Assembly (NCBI GenBank): GCA_020725405.1
Contig: DYFB01000039.1
Span: 44,428-108,427, forward strand
Reading direction: 5' to 3'
DNA length: 64,000 nt
Source of the DNA: Symbiobacterium sp.
GTDB taxonomy: Bacteria; Bacillota; Sulfobacillia; UBA995; UBA9673
Below the pieces are notes generated by a model. That model did no database searches and had not been told where the DNA came from. It saw only the letters and a program-made list of their open reading frames with translations. The first letter of the stretch is position 1. Every line of letters begins with the position of its first letter. The translations under genes and the position numbers were made by a program. Positions 55,669-64,000 of the stretch are shown here, piece after piece.

Positions 55669-56998
55669 TCTGAACCAGCCCGGCGTCAGACGGGTTCGAG
55701 CTCTTGCGGGCCTCGCGCTCGAGGACCTTCAGAGTTACGTCGTCCAGGCAGGCCCGCACGGTCGGCCCCTGGCTCACGAGGAAGTCCGGACTGCGAGAGA
55801 CCGATTTCCGCCAGGCGTCGAGCGCCTCCCGAGCCTCGCCGCGCCGGGCGAGAGCCACCCCGAGGACGAACTGAGCCCGCGGGTGGGCCGGCGAGGCGAT
55901 GACCGCCTGTCGGGCGTAGTCCGCGGCCAGGTCAAGGTCGCCCTTCCGAGTGTAGACCTCCGAAAGGTTCGCCAGAATGTCGGGGTTATTCTCCTGCCCC
56001 TCAAGAAGAGCCTTCCATTCGGCGAGGGCCTCATCGTAGCGCCCGAGCCTGGTGAAGGCTGCGGCCAGGTTAATGCGGGCCGGACGGTGCCTGGGTGAGA
56101 GTTCGAGCGCCTGCCGCCACTCGGCGAGGGCCTCCTCGGTCCGGCCCTGCCGGAAGAGAGCCACCCCGAGGTTGTGATGGGCGTCGGCGTAGCCCGGGCG
56201 GACCTCGAGGGCCTTCCGCCAGACCTCTACGGCCCTATCGAGGTTTCCGCGGGCGAGATAGGCCTCCCCCTGGTTCAGGTACGGCTCGGGGTCCCGGAGA
56301 TCGAGGGCAATAGCCCGGTCGTAGGCCTCGATGGCCTCCTGGACCCGCCCGAGGCGCATCAGGGCGAGACCCCGGTTGAGCTCGGCGGTGGCGGTCCTGG
56401 CCCCGAGCCTGACCGCCTCCCCGCTTTCGACCAAGGCGTCCTCGAACCGCCCTGCGTCAAGATAGGCCGCCCCGAGGTTAACCCGGATGCGGGGGTCGTC
56501 GGGGTCGAGGTCCCTGGCCTTCTCCCAGGCGGAGATGGCCGCCTCGAGCTTGCCGCGTGCCAGGTAGACCTCGCCGAGATGAACGTAGGCCAGGGGCGGC
56601 CGGGCCTCGGGCTCCGCCTCTATGCTCTTGCGAAGCTCGTGGATGGCCGCGTCCCACATCCCCTTGAGGGCGTAGGTCTTGCCGAGGAAGTAGCGGCTGG
56701 CCGCATGCCCCGGGTTTGCCTTGACGACTTCCTTCCAGCGGCTGATGGCCCGGTCGTAGTCCCCGGCCTCGGCGAGGGCCACACCGGCCAGGTGCAGGCC
56801 GTCGATGTCCCGCCGGTTGAGGTCGTGGGCGTGGTCGAAAGCCTCGGCCGCCTGAGCGAAGCGGCCGAGTTCCATATAGGCGACGCCCATGTCGTGGTAG
56901 GCCGCCCAGTTCCTCGGGTCGCGCCGCAGGACCTCAAGGCAGGTGGCGATGACCCTCTCCATCCTCGCGGTGCGCTCGTCCTTCCCCTTCTCCGTCAT
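55637..56998 (-). CDS. Tetratricopeptide (TPR) repeat protein
   Basis: ~11 TPR units (W-LG-Y-A-F-A-P consensus). Start at MTEKGKDE (ATG 56998, GGGGGAGG RBS). Confidence 0.8.
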   Translation of the reverse strand: MTEKGKDERTARMERVIATCLEVLRRDPRNWAAYHDMGVAYMELGRFAQAAEAFDHAHDLNRRDIDGLHLAGVALAEAGDYDRAISRWKEVVKANPGHAASRYFLGKTYALKGMWDAAIHELRKSIEAEPEARPPLAYVHLGEVYLARGKLEAAISAWEKARDLDPDDPRIRVNLGAAYLDAGRFEDALVESGEAVRLGARTATAELNRGLALMRLGRVQEAIEAYDRAIALDLRDPEPYLNQGEAYLARGNLDRAVEVWRKALEVRPGYADAHHNLGVALFRQGRTEEALAEWRQALELSPRHRPARINLAAAFTRLGRYDEALAEWKALLEGQENNPDILANLSEVYTRKGDLDLAADYARQAVIASPAHPRAQFVLGVALARRGEAREALDAWRKSVSRSPDFLVSQGPTVRACLDDVTLKVLEREARKSSNPSDAGLVQTIRALKEPAR

Positions 56999-57100
56999 TC
57001 GGGACCTCCCCCGGCTCCCCGAGCCGGTCTGTACTTCTCTGGGGCCCAGGCAAACCCTGCCTTCTTCGCCCGGTGCCACCGGCGGACCGGCCGGGGCTGT

Positions 57101-57958
57101 CTACCGGCCGGCTTCGTCGCCTTCGGGCCGTCCGGTCGGTGGCGGGTAAGGAGCCGGAACGTACTGGACCGACGGCCGCCGGGACGGAGGTTGGCGGTAG
57201 AGCTCCATGAGCTCATAGACCTGCTTGGGCATCCGAGTGCTCACGGTGAGGCCGAAGCCCTGGAGCTCCCGGTAGGTGATGGGGTAGTCGTGGGTCCACC
57301 GCCCCTCGGTCAGGACCTCGGCCAGGCGCCTCGCGTCAGCCTCGTCGAGCTTCGGCTCAAGGATCTCCCGGACGGTCTCCTTGACCTGCCTCATAGCCTT
57401 CGCGGCCACGTCGGCCAGGATGAGGGTCTGGTCCTCCAGGCGGTTCTTGTCCTTCTGGGCGGCGGCGGCCAGGATGGAGGCGGCGGGCCAGGCCCCTATC
57501 TGAGGGTCGACCGGCCCCAGGACGGCGTTCTCATCCATGATAATCTCGTCCGCCGCCAGGGCGAGCATAGTCCCGCCGGACATGGCATAGTGCGGCACAA
57601 GAACCGTGGTCCGGGCCTTGTGGGCCTTGATGGCCCTGGCGATCTGCTCGGCAGCCAGGACCAGTCCCCCGGGGGTGTGGACGATGAGGTCGATCGGCGT
57701 GTCCTCCGGCGTGAGGCGGATGGCCCGGAGGATCTGCTCGGAATCCTCTATGGTTATGTGCCGGGAGAACAGGAAGCCAAGAAGGCTCATGAGCTCCTGG
57801 CGGTGGACGAGGGCTATCACCCGCGAACCGCGGATCTCCTGGAGCTCCCGCATGAGCGCTATCCGCGTGGCCTCTATCCTCCTCTGCCGCCAGAGCGGCA
57901 GAAGGAAGGTCACCGCCAGAAGAAGTATCCAGAGGAGGTTCGTGGCCAAGGTCGTCAC
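57101..57958 (-). CDS. SDH-family Clp-fold serine protease (membrane-anchored, SppA-like)
   Basis: N-terminal TM helix; HTPGGLVLAAEQIARAI...AMSGGTMLALAADEIIM serine-protease motif of the SDH (PF01972) family. Confidence 0.75.
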   Translation of the reverse strand: MTTLATNLLWILLLAVTFLLPLWRQRRIEATRIALMRELQEIRGSRVIALVHRQELMSLLGFLFSRHITIEDSEQILRAIRLTPEDTPIDLIVHTPGGLVLAAEQIARAIKAHKARTTVLVPHYAMSGGTMLALAADEIIMDENAVLGPVDPQIGAWPAASILAAAAQKDKNRLEDQTLILADVAAKAMRQVKETVREILEPKLDEADARRLAEVLTEGRWTHDYPITYRELQGFGLTVSTRMPKQVYELMELYRQPPSRRPSVQYVPAPYPPPTGRPEGDEAGR

Positions 57959-58078
57959 CGGAGCACCGCCCCCCGGGTCGTCGCCGGTCCACAGCCCTCG
58001 CAGGCCCCGCCGGCCTCGGGCGGGCCTGGGAAGTCGACCTGGCTCGGCCTCAGCTAATGTACTGCGGGAGAGAGGCCG

Positions 58079-58351
58079 CTATCCGCGGCGCGGTTTCCGG
58101 ACGGGATCGCCCACGGGGACCCCGGCTTCCTTCTGGAGGGCTTCGTAGAGCCTGCGGGTGAACTCGGCTCGGGGTGGAAGGGGTTCGCTCCGCTCGAGGG
58201 CGTTGACGGCCCGGGCGAGCTCGACGAGCTTCCGGCGACATTCCAGGCAGGCTCGGATGTGCGCCTCGACAGCCCGCTCCTGCTCGGCCGTGACGCTGGC
58301 GTCAAGATAGGCCTGAAGCCATTTGTAGACGTCGGCGCACTCCACTGTCAT
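58079..58351 (-). CDS. Zinc-finger anti-sigma factor (ZAS / RsrA-ChrR-like)
   Basis: 90 aa with an HxxxCxxC motif (EAHIRACLECRRKL) typical of ZAS anti-sigma factors. Located 144 bp downstream of the ECF sigma gene. Confidence 0.7.
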   Translation of the reverse strand: MTVECADVYKWLQAYLDASVTAEQERAVEAHIRACLECRRKLVELARAVNALERSEPLPPRAEFTRRLYEALQKEAGVPVGDPVRKPRRG

Positions 58352-58495
58352 CCAGCCTCCGTCCTGTCCTGCCCCGGTTCAGGGATGCGCTCCGATCTTT
58401 ATCTTCCCCGAACGCCGGGCGAGACCTTCCGGACCGCGGGGCGCTCGCCGCGACCGGGGATCCGGCCGATGGACGGACCACCCGGCCGGACCGCC

Positions 58496-59074
58496 CTAGC
58501 CCTCATCGCGGAGAAGAACCCGCAAGCTCTCGCGGGCCCGGAAGAGGCGCGTCTTGACCGTGCCCAGAGGCAGCCCCAGCACATCGGCGATCTCCTCGTA
58601 GGAGAGGTCTTCGATGTGCCTCAGAACCACGACCGTCCGATACTTCTCCGGCAGGCTGTCGATGGCTCTCTGAACATCGAGTCCGAGGACCCCGGCCAGA
58701 GCCACGTCCTCGGGGAGTTCGGTGTCGTCGGCGATCTCGCGGGGCATGTCCCCTTCGGGACCGATGGGGGCGTCAAGCGAGACCGTGGGCGGTCGGCGCC
58801 TCCGGAGTTGGTCGAGGCACAGGTTAGACGCTATCTTATATATCCAGGGCGAGAAGCGCTCGCCCTTGAAGGTGCGCAGAGCCCGGTAGACGTTTATGAA
58901 GGTTTCCTGGGTGACGTCTTCGGCCTCCTCCCGGTTACCCAGCATCCGGTAGGCCATGTTGTAGATACGCGTCTGGTAGCGCTCGACGAGGCCGCCGAAA
59001 TACTCGAGGCGGCCCTGCTGGCACCGCTCCACAAGTCGGAGGTCGATTGCGTCCTGCTCGGGGCTTTGCGCCAC
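58496..59074 (-). CDS. ECF-type RNA polymerase sigma-70 family factor
   Basis: Region 2 (ETFINVYRALRTF...WIYKIASNLCLDQLRRRR) and region 4 (YRTVVVLRHIEDLSYEEIADVLGLPLGTVKTRLFRAR). Confidence 0.9.
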   Translation of the reverse strand: MAQSPEQDAIDLRLVERCQQGRLEYFGGLVERYQTRIYNMAYRMLGNREEAEDVTQETFINVYRALRTFKGERFSPWIYKIASNLCLDQLRRRRPPTVSLDAPIGPEGDMPREIADDTELPEDVALAGVLGLDVQRAIDSLPEKYRTVVVLRHIEDLSYEEIADVLGLPLGTVKTRLFRARESLRVLLRDEG

Positions 59075-59136
59075 GGTAGCCTCGCCTCTCCGGGTACATA
59101 CACGACGCGCCGGTCAAAGGTTTCAAGCGGTCGGAC

Positions 59137-59415
59137 TCACCCACGCCCGAGAAGCAGGAAGACCCCGATGGCGACGAAGAGGCCGCCGGCCGCGAGCCGG
59201 ATGTAGCGCAGAGGCACGACCTGGGTGATGGCCGACCCGACCAGCACCCCGAGGAGGGCCGAGCCCGCGAGGGCCAGGGCCGCGCCCAGAAAGACCGACA
59301 GCGGCGAGCGGGTCTGGGCGGCCAGCACCATGGTGGTGAGCTGGGTCTTATCCCCCAGTTCAGCGAGAAAGATGAGGGCAAAGGTAGTCAGCAGGACCTT
59401 AATGTCCACTCCCAC
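59137..59415 (-). CDS. UPF0016 (GDT1/TMEM165/MneA-like) family membrane protein, single half-size unit
   Basis: 92 aa with the E-x-G-D-(KR)-(TS) motif (AELGDKTQL) diagnostic of UPF0016. Only one repeat is present. Confidence 0.65.
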   Translation of the reverse strand: MGVDIKVLLTTFALIFLAELGDKTQLTTMVLAAQTRSPLSVFLGAALALAGSALLGVLVGSAITQVVPLRYIRLAAGGLFVAIGVFLLLGRG

Positions 59416-60157
59416 GCCTCCTCCAGCGGGCGGGTCCGGCCGGATGGGGTCGGACCCGCCGGGCGGACCTTCTCTTCCTGAGCCGGCGGCTGAGATCGAG
59501 CGTCACCCGAAGGGTCCCCCGGGGGTCGAGGAAGACCTCATCCGCATCCTCCAGGCTGAGGCCCCTCCGCCGCACGGCCCGCCTCAGATCCTCGATGGTC
59601 AGCCCCGCCTTCCGGAGCCCCGCGGGGTCGGGCTCGCCATCCAGGAGGAGGGTCGTCGATGCCTCCCGACCGAGGAAGCGAGGGGTGACCGGGGCGGCTT
59701 CGCGCTTAGGGATGGCCGAGAGCAGGCCGTCGGCCTCTAGGGTGGCCAGCTCGATGTCGGAGACGTCGACGAACCCCTTCTCCCTAAGCCTACCGGCCAG
59801 CTCTTCTGGGCTGAGCCTCGCCCGGCGCAGGTTGTCCTCGAGAACGCGCCCTCCTTTGACCACCACGATGGATTCTCCTTCGAGAACCTTCTCGACCCGG
59901 GCGCTCTGGAGGCTGGCGTAGGCCAGGACGATCTGGAGCAGGGCCAGAGAGACCACGGCGATGACCGCCGGGGCCACGGAGAGCTGCGGGTCGGCCAGGG
60001 GAGCCCCGACGACTTCGGCGATGACCAGGACGATTACGAAGTCCAGCGCCTCCATGTCCCCCAGGGTGCGCTTGCCCATCAGGCGAAAGAGGACCAGCGC
60101 CAGGGCGTAGAGACCGACAGTCTTCCCGACGATGAGAAGGGCGACCCCGAGGTCCAC
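59399..60157 (-). CDS. DUF421 (YetF-like) membrane protein
   Basis: 252 aa. N-terminal 3 TM plus a cytoplasmic DUF421-like domain. 17-nt overlap with the downstream UPF0016 gene. Confidence 0.7.
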   Translation of the reverse strand: MDLGVALLIVGKTVGLYALALVLFRLMGKRTLGDMEALDFVIVLVIAEVVGAPLADPQLSVAPAVIAVVSLALLQIVLAYASLQSARVEKVLEGESIVVVKGGRVLEDNLRRARLSPEELAGRLREKGFVDVSDIELATLEADGLLSAIPKREAAPVTPRFLGREASTTLLLDGEPDPAGLRKAGLTIEDLRRAVRRRGLSLEDADEVFLDPRGTLRVTLDLSRRLRKRRSARRVRPHPAGPARWRRRGSGH

Positions 60158-60161
60158 GAGC

Positions 60162-61502
60162 CTAGAGCCGCGGCGGCGGTCGGAAGTGCTGGTCCAGAGC
60201 GTCTTCGAGGTCGGGGCGCCCGATCTCCTGCAGCTCGTAGCTCACCCGGACCGCCGGGCGGCGGATGTCCACGACCCGCCGGAGGTCGATGGGGGTGGCG
60301 ATGACGACGAGCTCGGCCGGGGTCCTGTCGACGGTAGCCGCGAGGTCTTCCATCTGCTGTTTCCCGTAGCCCATGGCCGGGAGGAGTGGACCGACCTCGT
60401 AGCGGGCGAAGGTATCCCGGATGCTGCCGAGCGCGTAGGGACGGGGGTCGACCAGCTCAGCCGCCCCGAACCTCCTCGCCGCGATGACGCCCGCTCCGTA
60501 GGTCATCCCCCCGTGGGTGAGGGTGGGGCCGTCCTCGATGACGAGGACTCGTTTGCCCCGCACGGCGGCCGGGTCCTCGACGAAGATGGGCGAAGCCGCC
60601 TCGACGACGGTCGCCCGGGGGTTCAGGCGGCGGGCGCTCTCCCGGACCGCGTCGACCCCGTCAGGGCCGGCGGTGTCAACCTTGTTGATGACCACGATGT
60701 CCGCCATCCGGAGATTGGCCTCCCCCGGATGGTAGGCCGTCTCGTGGCCCGGCCGGTGGGGGTCGACCAGGACGATGTGGACGTCGGGCCGGTAGAAGGG
60801 AAGGTCGTTGTTCCCGCCGTCCCAGAGGATGACGTCGGCCTCGCCGGCGGCCTCCTCCAGAACGGCTCCGTAGTCAACCCCGGCGTAGACGACGACGCCC
60901 CGTCGGATGTGGGGCTCGTACTCCTCCCGTTCCTCGATGGTCGTTCGATGCGCGTCAAGGTCCTCATATGAAGAGAAGCGCTGGACGGCCTGGGCGGCGA
61001 GGTCGCCGTAGGGCATCGGGTGGCGCACGACCACGAGCCGGTAGCCCCGGGCCTGAAGGAGGGAGACGACCCGCCGCGTCGTCTGGCTCTTGCCCACCCC
61101 GGTCCGCACGGCGGTCACGGCCACCACCGGACGGGGGGCCTGGAGCATGGTGGTGCCCGGGCCCATGAGCCAGAAGTCCAGCCCGAGGGCCAGGCACTGC
61201 GAGGCCCGGTGCATCACGTAGGTGTGGGAGACGTCACTGTAGGCGAAGACCGCCCGCTCGGCGCCCCTCTCCTGAACGACCCGCTCGAGCTCCTCCTCGG
61301 GGAAGATGGGAATTCCCCGGGGGTAGCGGGGTCCGGCGAGGCCGGACGGGTAGACCCGGCCGGCGATGTCGGGAATCTGGGTCGCCGTGAAGGCGACGAC
61401 GTCGTATTCCGGGTTGTCCCGGAAGAAGACGTTGAAGTTATGGAAGTCACGGCCGGCGGCGCCCATGATGACGACCCGCGTCGGACCGTGTCTCACCACC
61501 AT
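60162..61502 (-). CDS. P-loop protein of the family annotated as cyclic 2,3-diphosphoglycerate synthetase (cDPGS-like), paralogue 2
   Basis: 446 aa. N-terminal IMGAAGRDFHNFN, P-loop AVTAVRTGVGKSQTTR, and DGGNND / GDGPTLTHGGM motifs. About 60% identical to the upstream paralogue. Confidence 0.6.
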   Translation of the reverse strand: MVVRHGPTRVVIMGAAGRDFHNFNVFFRDNPEYDVVAFTATQIPDIAGRVYPSGLAGPRYPRGIPIFPEEELERVVQERGAERAVFAYSDVSHTYVMHRASQCLALGLDFWLMGPGTTMLQAPRPVVAVTAVRTGVGKSQTTRRVVSLLQARGYRLVVVRHPMPYGDLAAQAVQRFSSYEDLDAHRTTIEEREEYEPHIRRGVVVYAGVDYGAVLEEAAGEADVILWDGGNNDLPFYRPDVHIVLVDPHRPGHETAYHPGEANLRMADIVVINKVDTAGPDGVDAVRESARRLNPRATVVEAASPIFVEDPAAVRGKRVLVIEDGPTLTHGGMTYGAGVIAARRFGAAELVDPRPYALGSIRDTFARYEVGPLLPAMGYGKQQMEDLAATVDRTPAELVVIATPIDLRRVVDIRRPAVRVSYELQEIGRPDLEDALDQHFRPPPRL

Positions 61503-61617
61503 AGCCCCGCCTCCGGGGCTAGTATTGGCGGCCGCTTCCTACCCGTATGCAGGACAGCCGGGCGAGGGGGTAGGGGCGGCCCCGGACCGGGGCCCGTCAG
61601 CCCCGGACCGGGGCCCG

Positions 61618-62937
61618 TCAGCCCAGGACCGGAGCCAGCGCCTCGGCCAGGGTCGGCCGCCCCCTCTCCTGGAGGTCGTAGCGGACACGGACGGCCGGCT
61701 TCGAGAGCTTGACCACACGCCGGAGGTCGATGGGGGTGCCGATGACGACCACCTCGGCCGGGGTGCGTTCGATGGTCTCCTCGAGCTCGCGGACCTGCTC
61801 GGCCCCGTAACCCATGGCCGGGAGCACCGGCCCCATGTGCGGGTATTTGGCGAACGTGGTCGCGATGGACCCAACGGCGTAGGGCCGGGGGTCGACGGCC
61901 ACCGCGCCGGCCCGGCAGGCGGCGATGGTGCCGGCCCCGTAGGCCATCTCGCCGTGGGTCAGGGTCGGTCCGTCCTCGACGACAAGTACGGTCCGTCCCC
62001 GGAGAGCCTCCGCGTCCCCGGATACGGTGAGGGGTGAGTCGGCTTCGATGACCACGGCCCGCGGGTTAACCGCCGCCACGTTCCGACGGACCGCCTCGAC
62101 GTCCTCGGGGCGGGCCGTATCCACCTTGTTGATGACCACGATGTCGGCCAGGCGGAGGTTGGTCTCCCCGGGGTGGTAGAGAAGCTCGTGCCCTGGACGG
62201 TGCGGATCGGCCACGGTTATGTAGACGTCGGCCCGGTAGAAGGCGAAGTCGTTGTTGCCCCCGTCCCAGAGGATGACGTCGGCCTCCTTCTCGGCCCGGC
62301 GGAGGATGGCCTCGTAGTCGACCCCTGCGAAGACGATGCTGCCCCGGTCGAGGTGCGGCTCGTACTCCTCGCGCTCCTCGATGGTGCAGTCGTGACGGTC
62401 GAGATCCTCATAGACGGCGAAACGCTGGACGGCCTGTTTCACGAGGTCTCCGTACGGCATCGGATGCCGGACGACGGCCACCTGCTTTCCGGCGTCCTTG
62501 AGTATCTCGCTCACCCGGCGGGTGGTCTGGCTCTTCCCCGCGCCCGTGCGAACAGCGCAGACCGCGACAACGGGCTTGGTCGACCGCAGCATCGTGGCCT
62601 CCGGCCCCTGGAGAACGAAGTCGGCTCCGGCCGCCAGGGCCGTCGAGGCCTTGTGCATGACGTAGTCGTGGGGCACGTCGCTGTAAGCGAAGACCACCTG
62701 GTCCACGCCAAGCTCCTTCACCAGCCTGGGCAGCTCGTCCTCGGGATGGATGGGTATACCGCGCGGGTAGCCCTCCCCGGCAAGCTCGGCCGGGTAGACC
62801 CGGCCCTCGATGTTCGGAATCTGGGTGGCGGTGAAGGCCACCACCTCGTAGGCGGGGTTACCCCGGTAGAAGGTGTTGAAGTTGTGGAAGTCCCGCCCGG
62901 CCGCGCCCATGATGAGGACGCGCGTCCTCCTGGTCAC
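61618..62937 (-). CDS. cDPGS-like P-loop protein, paralogue 1
   Basis: 439 aa with the same motif set (IMGAAGRDFHNFN, AVCAVRTGAGKSQTTR). Tandem duplicate of 60162..61502. Confidence 0.6.
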   Translation of the reverse strand: MTRRTRVLIMGAAGRDFHNFNTFYRGNPAYEVVAFTATQIPNIEGRVYPAELAGEGYPRGIPIHPEDELPRLVKELGVDQVVFAYSDVPHDYVMHKASTALAAGADFVLQGPEATMLRSTKPVVAVCAVRTGAGKSQTTRRVSEILKDAGKQVAVVRHPMPYGDLVKQAVQRFAVYEDLDRHDCTIEEREEYEPHLDRGSIVFAGVDYEAILRRAEKEADVILWDGGNNDFAFYRADVYITVADPHRPGHELLYHPGETNLRLADIVVINKVDTARPEDVEAVRRNVAAVNPRAVVIEADSPLTVSGDAEALRGRTVLVVEDGPTLTHGEMAYGAGTIAACRAGAVAVDPRPYAVGSIATTFAKYPHMGPVLPAMGYGAEQVRELEETIERTPAEVVVIGTPIDLRRVVKLSKPAVRVRYDLQERGRPTLAEALAPVLG

Positions 62938-63044
62938 TTGAGCTCCTCCCCCTTGCCTGGCTTATGTCGTCTGGGTGCTTTCCCGGGTCCGCACCGCTTC
63001 GCGGTTTCGCCCGTCCCGGTCGGGCCCGCCCTCACATGACCACC

Positions 63045-63980
63045 TCACATAACCAGGGCCATGATGGCCTTCTGCGTGTGCAGACGGTTCTCAGCCTGGT
63101 CGAAAACGACGGAGTTCGGACCATCTATCACTTCGTCGGTGACCTCTTCGCCCCGGTGGGCCGGCAGGCAGTGCATGAAAAGGGTCCCGGGGCGGCCGGT
63201 GGCCCGCATCAGAGCCTGGTTGACCTGGTAGGGCGCGAGGTCGCGGACGCGCTGTTCGCGCTCGGCCTCCTGTCCCATGCTGGTCCAGGTGTCGGTATAG
63301 ATGACGTCGGCGCCCTCGACGGCTTCGAGCGGGTTGTGGGTGAGGTCGATCCGGGCTCCCGTCAGGGCCGCGTCGGCCCGGGCCGTCTGGACGATACCGG
63401 GGTCGGGCTCGCGGCCGGGGGGCGTGGCGACGACCACGTGCATACCGGTCTTGGCTCCGGCGAACATGAGCGAGTGGGCCACGTTGTTGCCGTCCCCCAC
63501 GTAAACGAGCTTCACCCCGGCCAGGCGCCCGAGCTTCTCGTAGACCGTGTAGACGTCGGTCAGGCCCTGGCACGGATGAAGAAGGTCGGTGAGCCCGTTG
63601 ATGACGGGAACGCTGGCCGCGGCAGCCAGGTCGACAACATCCTGGTGCCTGAAGGTGCGGATCATGATACCGTCGAGGTACCGGGAGAGGACGCTCCCCG
63701 TGTCGTAGATGGTCTCTCCGCGTCCGAGCTGGAGGTCGCCGGTGCCCATGTAGAGGGCGTACCCTCCGAGCTGCCACACGCCGACCTCGAAGGAGACCCG
63801 GGTCCGGGTCGAAGGCTTGGCGAAGATCATCCCCAGGGTCTTACCGACGAGAGGCCTGTCCCGCTCGCCGCTCTTCCACCTCAGCTTCATCTGCTCGGTC
63901 GTCTTGAGGATCTGCCAGGTCTCCTCGACCGAAAGGTCGTGGATAGAGACGAGATCCTTGCCCTTCATACTGACGGCCAT
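63045..63980 (-). CDS. argF: Ornithine carbamoyltransferase
   Basis: STRTR carbamoyl-phosphate motif, HPCQ and HCLP motifs. 311 aa. Confidence 0.9.
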   Translation of the reverse strand: MAVSMKGKDLVSIHDLSVEETWQILKTTEQMKLRWKSGERDRPLVGKTLGMIFAKPSTRTRVSFEVGVWQLGGYALYMGTGDLQLGRGETIYDTGSVLSRYLDGIMIRTFRHQDVVDLAAAASVPVINGLTDLLHPCQGLTDVYTVYEKLGRLAGVKLVYVGDGNNVAHSLMFAGAKTGMHVVVATPPGREPDPGIVQTARADAALTGARIDLTHNPLEAVEGADVIYTDTWTSMGQEAEREQRVRDLAPYQVNQALMRATGRPGTLFMHCLPAHRGEEVTDEVIDGPNSVVFDQAENRLHTQKAIMALVM

Positions 63981-64000
63981 TCTTCTCTACCTCCTCCGCG

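Noticed and set aside
56174-58057. ORF 56174..58057(+) 627 aa
   Set aside because: Antisense to the TPR and SDH-protease genes, with no recognisable domains.

Overview
Window overview: ~70% GC chromosomal segment with Firmicutes-type gene organisation. Supporting signs are the cdaA-cdaR-glmM-glmS cluster with a glmS ribozyme, acpS-nnr-alr, bshC for bacillithiol, rsmD-yhaM, and an ECF folT behind a THF riboswitch.

Most genes lie on the minus strand in tightly coupled operons, many with 4-nt ATGA/TTGA start/stop overlaps.

Identifiable blocks:
- A D-amino-acid themed operon, 1-3454: S58/DmpA-like peptidase, class-I glutamine amidotransferase, DcyD/ACC-deaminase-family PLP enzyme and alanine racemase.
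- Two transporter genes, 7400-9891 (CaCA antiporter, TerC), each preceded by a GGGGAGUAGCC-containing yybP-ykoY-like leader and flanked by CT-rich tandem repeats.
- An acyl-CoA beta-oxidation-like cluster, 16048-22646: CoA-transferase A/B, acyl-CoA dehydrogenase, 2x DUF35 and 2x SCP-x-type thiolase.
- A PRD-domain regulator, an orphan RND pump and a D-aminoacylase, 23482-30256.
- Housekeeping genes: bshC, rsmD, yhaM, TauE, a metallopeptidase, a class-III aminotransferase with a GntR regulator, an NadB-like oxidase, cobO, TPR, an SDH protease and an ECF sigma/anti-sigma pair.
- Two tandem cDPGS-like P-loop paralogues and ornithine carbamoyltransferase.

Most notable: a plus-strand, translationally coupled three-gene module at 30555-40346. 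It encodes an SNF2 helicase with a C-terminal PD-(D/E)xK/DUF3883-like domain, a DUF1156 N6/N4 methyltransferase with a Zn-ribbon insertion, and a DUF499 P-loop ATPase. This is a helicase-methylase-ATPase ('Hma'/BREX-type-3-like, PglZ-less) candidate phage-defence system sitting between housekeeping genes. As far as I know it has no experimental characterisation.

No rRNA, tRNA, CRISPR array or transposase/integrase was recognised. Many long alternative-frame ORFs in the supplied track are high-GC artefacts.
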